DNA of 16,199 nucleotides, taken from a virus. Taxonomy: Duplodnaviria; Heunggongvirae; Uroviricota; Caudoviricetes. Below are positions 13,691 through 16,199 of this stretch, in pieces. The first letter of the stretch is position 1; each line of letters starts with the position of its first letter. Below the pieces are notes generated by a model. The model saw only the letters and a program-made list of their open reading frames with translations, was not told the DNA's origin and did no database searches. The stretch lies in the IMG/VR virus record IMGVR_UViG_3300031555_010707, one strand, 5' to 3'. Both the position numbers and the translations under genes were made by a program.

Positions 13691-14426
13691 TGGATTTCGC
13701 CTCACTTTCAGCCAATTTGGATTCCTGATCGTCAGGAGAAATCGCAATGATGTCCTCGAATAAAAACCGCATTTTATCAATTACCTTATCGGTATGATAG
13801 TGGCCGCAGTACCATTTGTGATAATGCGTATTGTCCTCTATATGATCGAGCCATTCTTCAGTGCTGGTATCCACTGTGCTCTGGTCGATGCCGGAGAGGA
13901 ACATTTCGGTTGGTATATATTTGAGGGGGCATGTGTGTGATAAAATCACATCAACATTGTGATTAAGGGAAGCAAGTTTCGCTTCCACTCTCGCCTTAGT
14001 TTCGTCATCAGGCTGTTCATCTGAGAACCACAGACGCCCGTTGCCAAGACGATAATACTTGTCTACGCTATAAGCACCGCCGCAAACAAGACATTTGTGA
14101 CCAGCAAAGTCATAGATCGAACCATCTTTGGCAAATATGATGTTCGGATAGCTCTTCTGCATGTAGGCCATATCTCCATGGAATTCCACGAGTTCATACC
14201 CGAGCTCCACGCTTGGTCTTCGTTCATGATTGCCGTGAACACAAAAAAGTGTAATAGGCAATTTTGAAAGGCTCTTTTTGAAGTAATCATCCCGGTAATC
14301 ACCAAGATAATTGATTCCTGCATCCCCAAGGATAATCATAACATCGTTTGTGGTTGTATGATGCTTTCTGCAGAACCACTGAATGCGAGAAAAATCCCTG
14401 TGAGTATCGCCTGTAATATAGATCAT
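13683..14426 (-). CDS. Calcineurin-like metallophosphoesterase, 247 aa
   Basis: Motifs GDTH, GD, GNHE, SHTCP, GHYH; SD AAGGGGG. Confidence 0.92.
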   Translation of the reverse strand: MIYITGDTHRDFSRIQWFCRKHHTTTNDVMIILGDAGINYLGDYRDDYFKKSLSKLPITLFCVHGNHERRPSVELGYELVEFHGDMAYMQKSYPNIIFAKDGSIYDFAGHKCLVCGGAYSVDKYYRLGNGRLWFSDEQPDDETKARVEAKLASLNHNVDVILSHTCPLKYIPTEMFLSGIDQSTVDTSTEEWLDHIEDNTHYHKWYCGHYHTDKVIDKMRFLFEDIIAISPDDQESKLAESEAKSIA

Positions 14427-14438
14427 CTGTCATCCCCC

Positions 14439-14639
14439 TTATTTCCGAGTGGAAGAGAGAACAATCACAGCGATGAGGAGCATAAAAAGAGAAATCCAAG
14501 TGGGAATCAAGACTGCCCACCACGACCAGCTGATAACGTCAAAGAATTTCAAAACTGCGAGAACAATCTGAAGTACCAGAAGCACATCTGTTCCGCCAGA
14601 ATCTTGACTTGTTTGATTCGTATTCAAGTTGCATACCAT
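14439..14639 (-). CDS. Small phage-type membrane protein, ~62-66 aa
   Basis: GG...LQIVLAVLKFFDVISWSWWAVLIPTWI pattern, two hydrophobic segments; start uncertain (ATG 14639 or TTG 14627). Confidence 0.75.
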   Translation of the reverse strand: MVCNLNTNQTSQDSGGTDVLLVLQIVLAVLKFFDVISWSWWAVLIPTWISLFMLLIAVIVLSSTRK

Positions 14640-14647
14640 CCTTTCAA

Positions 14648-16199
14648 TTACGCAGCAGCTTCTTCGTCTGCTCGTATATGTCGATATGAATTCAAGACGA
14701 AGTATTGGCCTTTCTCACGATCCCAGTCGATGGCATATATAATGTCATCTTTTTTGATTGGCGCAAGCTCATAGATTCGATTAAAAACGGTAAACCTGCT
14801 CTCGATGCCGCTGCCAATGGATTGAGTAAGAATACTGTAGCCGAATTGCTTTCCGTCTGATCTGCGTTTCAAGGGGTAAACCTCTTTGATGAACAGCTTG
14901 GGACGGTCTGCTTCTTTCCCAGATATGTATCCATTCTGCCCCATAATCTCACTGTAGTTCCTGACCTTTATAACATCATTCACGTCAGGCAGATTTGAAG
15001 CACGAATCAGTTCTTCGACTTCAGACAAGATTTCCATGACGTTAGTCAAAGTATAGGACTTTGCCTCAGTTCCATCTTTTCTGAGCCATGTAGCATGACT
15101 GCGGACAGGATTTTCAAGAATAGTGCCATCTACTGCTTCTCTCTTCAAAGTTTTAGCAGAGCCTTGCTTAAAGTAATTGAACAGTTCCCACATCTTCATC
15201 AGCTCACGCTGATTTCCATACTGCTGGAAATAATCAATCTTGATGAGCGGCTCGACTTTTGCCTTGACTCCTCTTTGATCGAGATCGAACAGAAGCGCCA
15301 TGAAGTCTTTGTGCTGAATCTGAGCAGAGCCCCACAGATGCTTTCCAATTGATGCAGAAAAACCTTTGATTGTGCTGATGGACTCAGTGATCTGGTTATT
15401 ATCTGAGGTTGCTACAATCGAACGATTGTCCTGTCCAAAGCGCATAGGAGGAAATTTGATATTGAAAAAACGCTTTGCTTCAGCCTTCGCTTCTGCAATC
15501 TTGTCCTTTTCGCCTCGGGAATCATAGAATTTCAGAAGAGTTTCATAGAGCTCAAGAGGATAGTGGGCTTTCATCCATGCAATATACAACGAATCGCAAC
15601 TCACGCAATAGGAATGTGAAGCATTGAAAGAATATCGCGCAGAGTCTTCGATGATTTGCCAGAGCTTCTCAGCAATCTGCTCAGCCTCTGTCTCTTCTTT
15701 TCCTTCGTCTTCGATGATAGCTTTTCTAAAACCAGCAATGAATTTTTCCTTATAAGCCAGAACCTTCTTGGCTCGCTTCTTGGCAATATCTTTGATGGCG
15801 ACATAGCATTCGGACATAGGAATACCAGCATAGTTCAAAGCTGCCATTTCCTGTTCTTGGTACAAGCAGAAAGAAAAAGGAAGTTCATCAGTCTTTAGGA
15901 TGTTGTCGAATGCTTTTACGCCATACTCAAATGGCTTGCGCGATTCGAATGTTTTGTACATAGACTTAAAACCAGGTCGGATTGCCGCCACAAAAGCGCA
16001 CAGCTCAGAAATGTTTCTTGGCTGATATGCCGTACATCTCGCGGCAGTTCCTTTGCGCTCTACCTGATTGACCCCCATACAGCAGCCCTTCTGATAAATG
16101 TCCCATGCGGGATCTTCAGGAGGACACATGGCAAGAAGTTCATTGACGGTTGGAACAGCCATCCCTACACGTTCATAAGCCATATTGATGAGTTTGACA
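14648..16199 (-). CDS. dnaE: DNA polymerase III alpha-like (family C, DnaE-type), 5'-truncated by the window edge
   Basis: GVNQVE, PRNISELCAFVAAIRPG, LYQEQ, KDIAKK, RYSFNASHSYC, WMKAHYPLE, HhH SISTIKGFS. The frame stays open upstream of ATG 16183 to the window end (VKLIN), so the true start is outside. Confidence 0.92.
   Translation of the reverse strand, partial: VKLINMAYERVGMAVPTVNELLAMCPPEDPAWDIYQKGCCMGVNQVERKGTAARCTAYQPRNISELCAFVAAIRPGFKSMYKTFESRKPFEYGVKAFDNILKTDELPFSFCLYQEQEMAALNYAGIPMSECYVAIKDIAKKRAKKVLAYKEKFIAGFRKAIIEDEGKEETEAEQIAEKLWQIIEDSARYSFNASHSYCVSCDSLYIAWMKAHYPLELYETLLKFYDSRGEKDKIAEAKAEAKRFFNIKFPPMRFGQDNRSIVATSDNNQITESISTIKGFSASIGKHLWGSAQIQHKDFMALLFDLDQRGVKAKVEPLIKIDYFQQYGNQRELMKMWELFNYFKQGSAKTLKREAVDGTILENPVRSHATWLRKDGTEAKSYTLTNVMEILSEVEELIRASNLPDVNDVIKVRNYSEIMGQNGYISGKEADRPKLFIKEVYPLKRRSDGKQFGYSILTQSIGSGIESRFTVFNRIYELAPIKKDDIIYAIDWDREKGQYFVLNSYRHIRADEEAAA

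Larger units (their letters stand above)
1..16199 (-). mobile_element. Probable phage/prophage replication, nucleotide metabolism and DNA modification region (large phage of an anaerobic Firmicutes host)
   Basis: Single-strand dense gene array with many short hypothetical ORFs between enzymes (DnaE-type polymerase, NrdDG, dUTPase, ThyX-like/dNMP kinase, NT5C nucleotidase, orphan C5 MTase, NADAR, DUF6275-like). This order is not that of a bacterial core locus. No structural or integrase gene is seen, so origin is inferred. Confidence 0.75.

Noticed and set aside
1-16199. CRISPR array, tRNA, rRNA, IS element or integrase
   Set aside because: No regularly spaced identical repeats, cloverleaf-like segment or transposase/recombinase motifs seen; almost no intergenic space.

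Overview
All convincing genes lie on the minus strand in one tightly packed, translationally coupled array (at least ten ATGA/TGATG/TAATG/GTGA stop-start overlaps). The content is a DNA replication, nucleotide metabolism and DNA modification module, most likely from a large phage or prophage of an anaerobic Firmicutes host. This origin is inferred: no virion, integrase or tRNA genes are in the window. In transcription order: partial DnaE-type DNA polymerase, small membrane protein, metallophosphoesterase, small hypotheticals, intrinsic terminator, divergent ThyX-like protein fused to a dNMP kinase, HAD 5'(3')-deoxyribonucleotidase, HTH protein, nrdD, nrdG, hypotheticals, PAPS-reductase/DndC-like gene, sortase-like membrane protein, Cys/Asp-rich peptide, NADAR, DUF6275-like protein, dUTPase, folD, radical SAM protein and a C5 cytosine methyltransferase with five tandem TRD-like repeats. 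The most striking element is the PAPS-reductase/DndC-like gene (6358..7298). An (AG)11 microsatellite precedes two diverged tandem copies (118-nt period) of the same GFP...WC peptide cassette, encoded in different reading frames. Both copies show synonymous-type divergence, both frames stay open across the other copy, and a T5 run plus GC hairpin sits at the junction with the C-terminal domain. This looks like a phase-variable or recoding-based cassette switch in a putative DNA-modifying enzyme. That interpretation is an inference that still needs testing.
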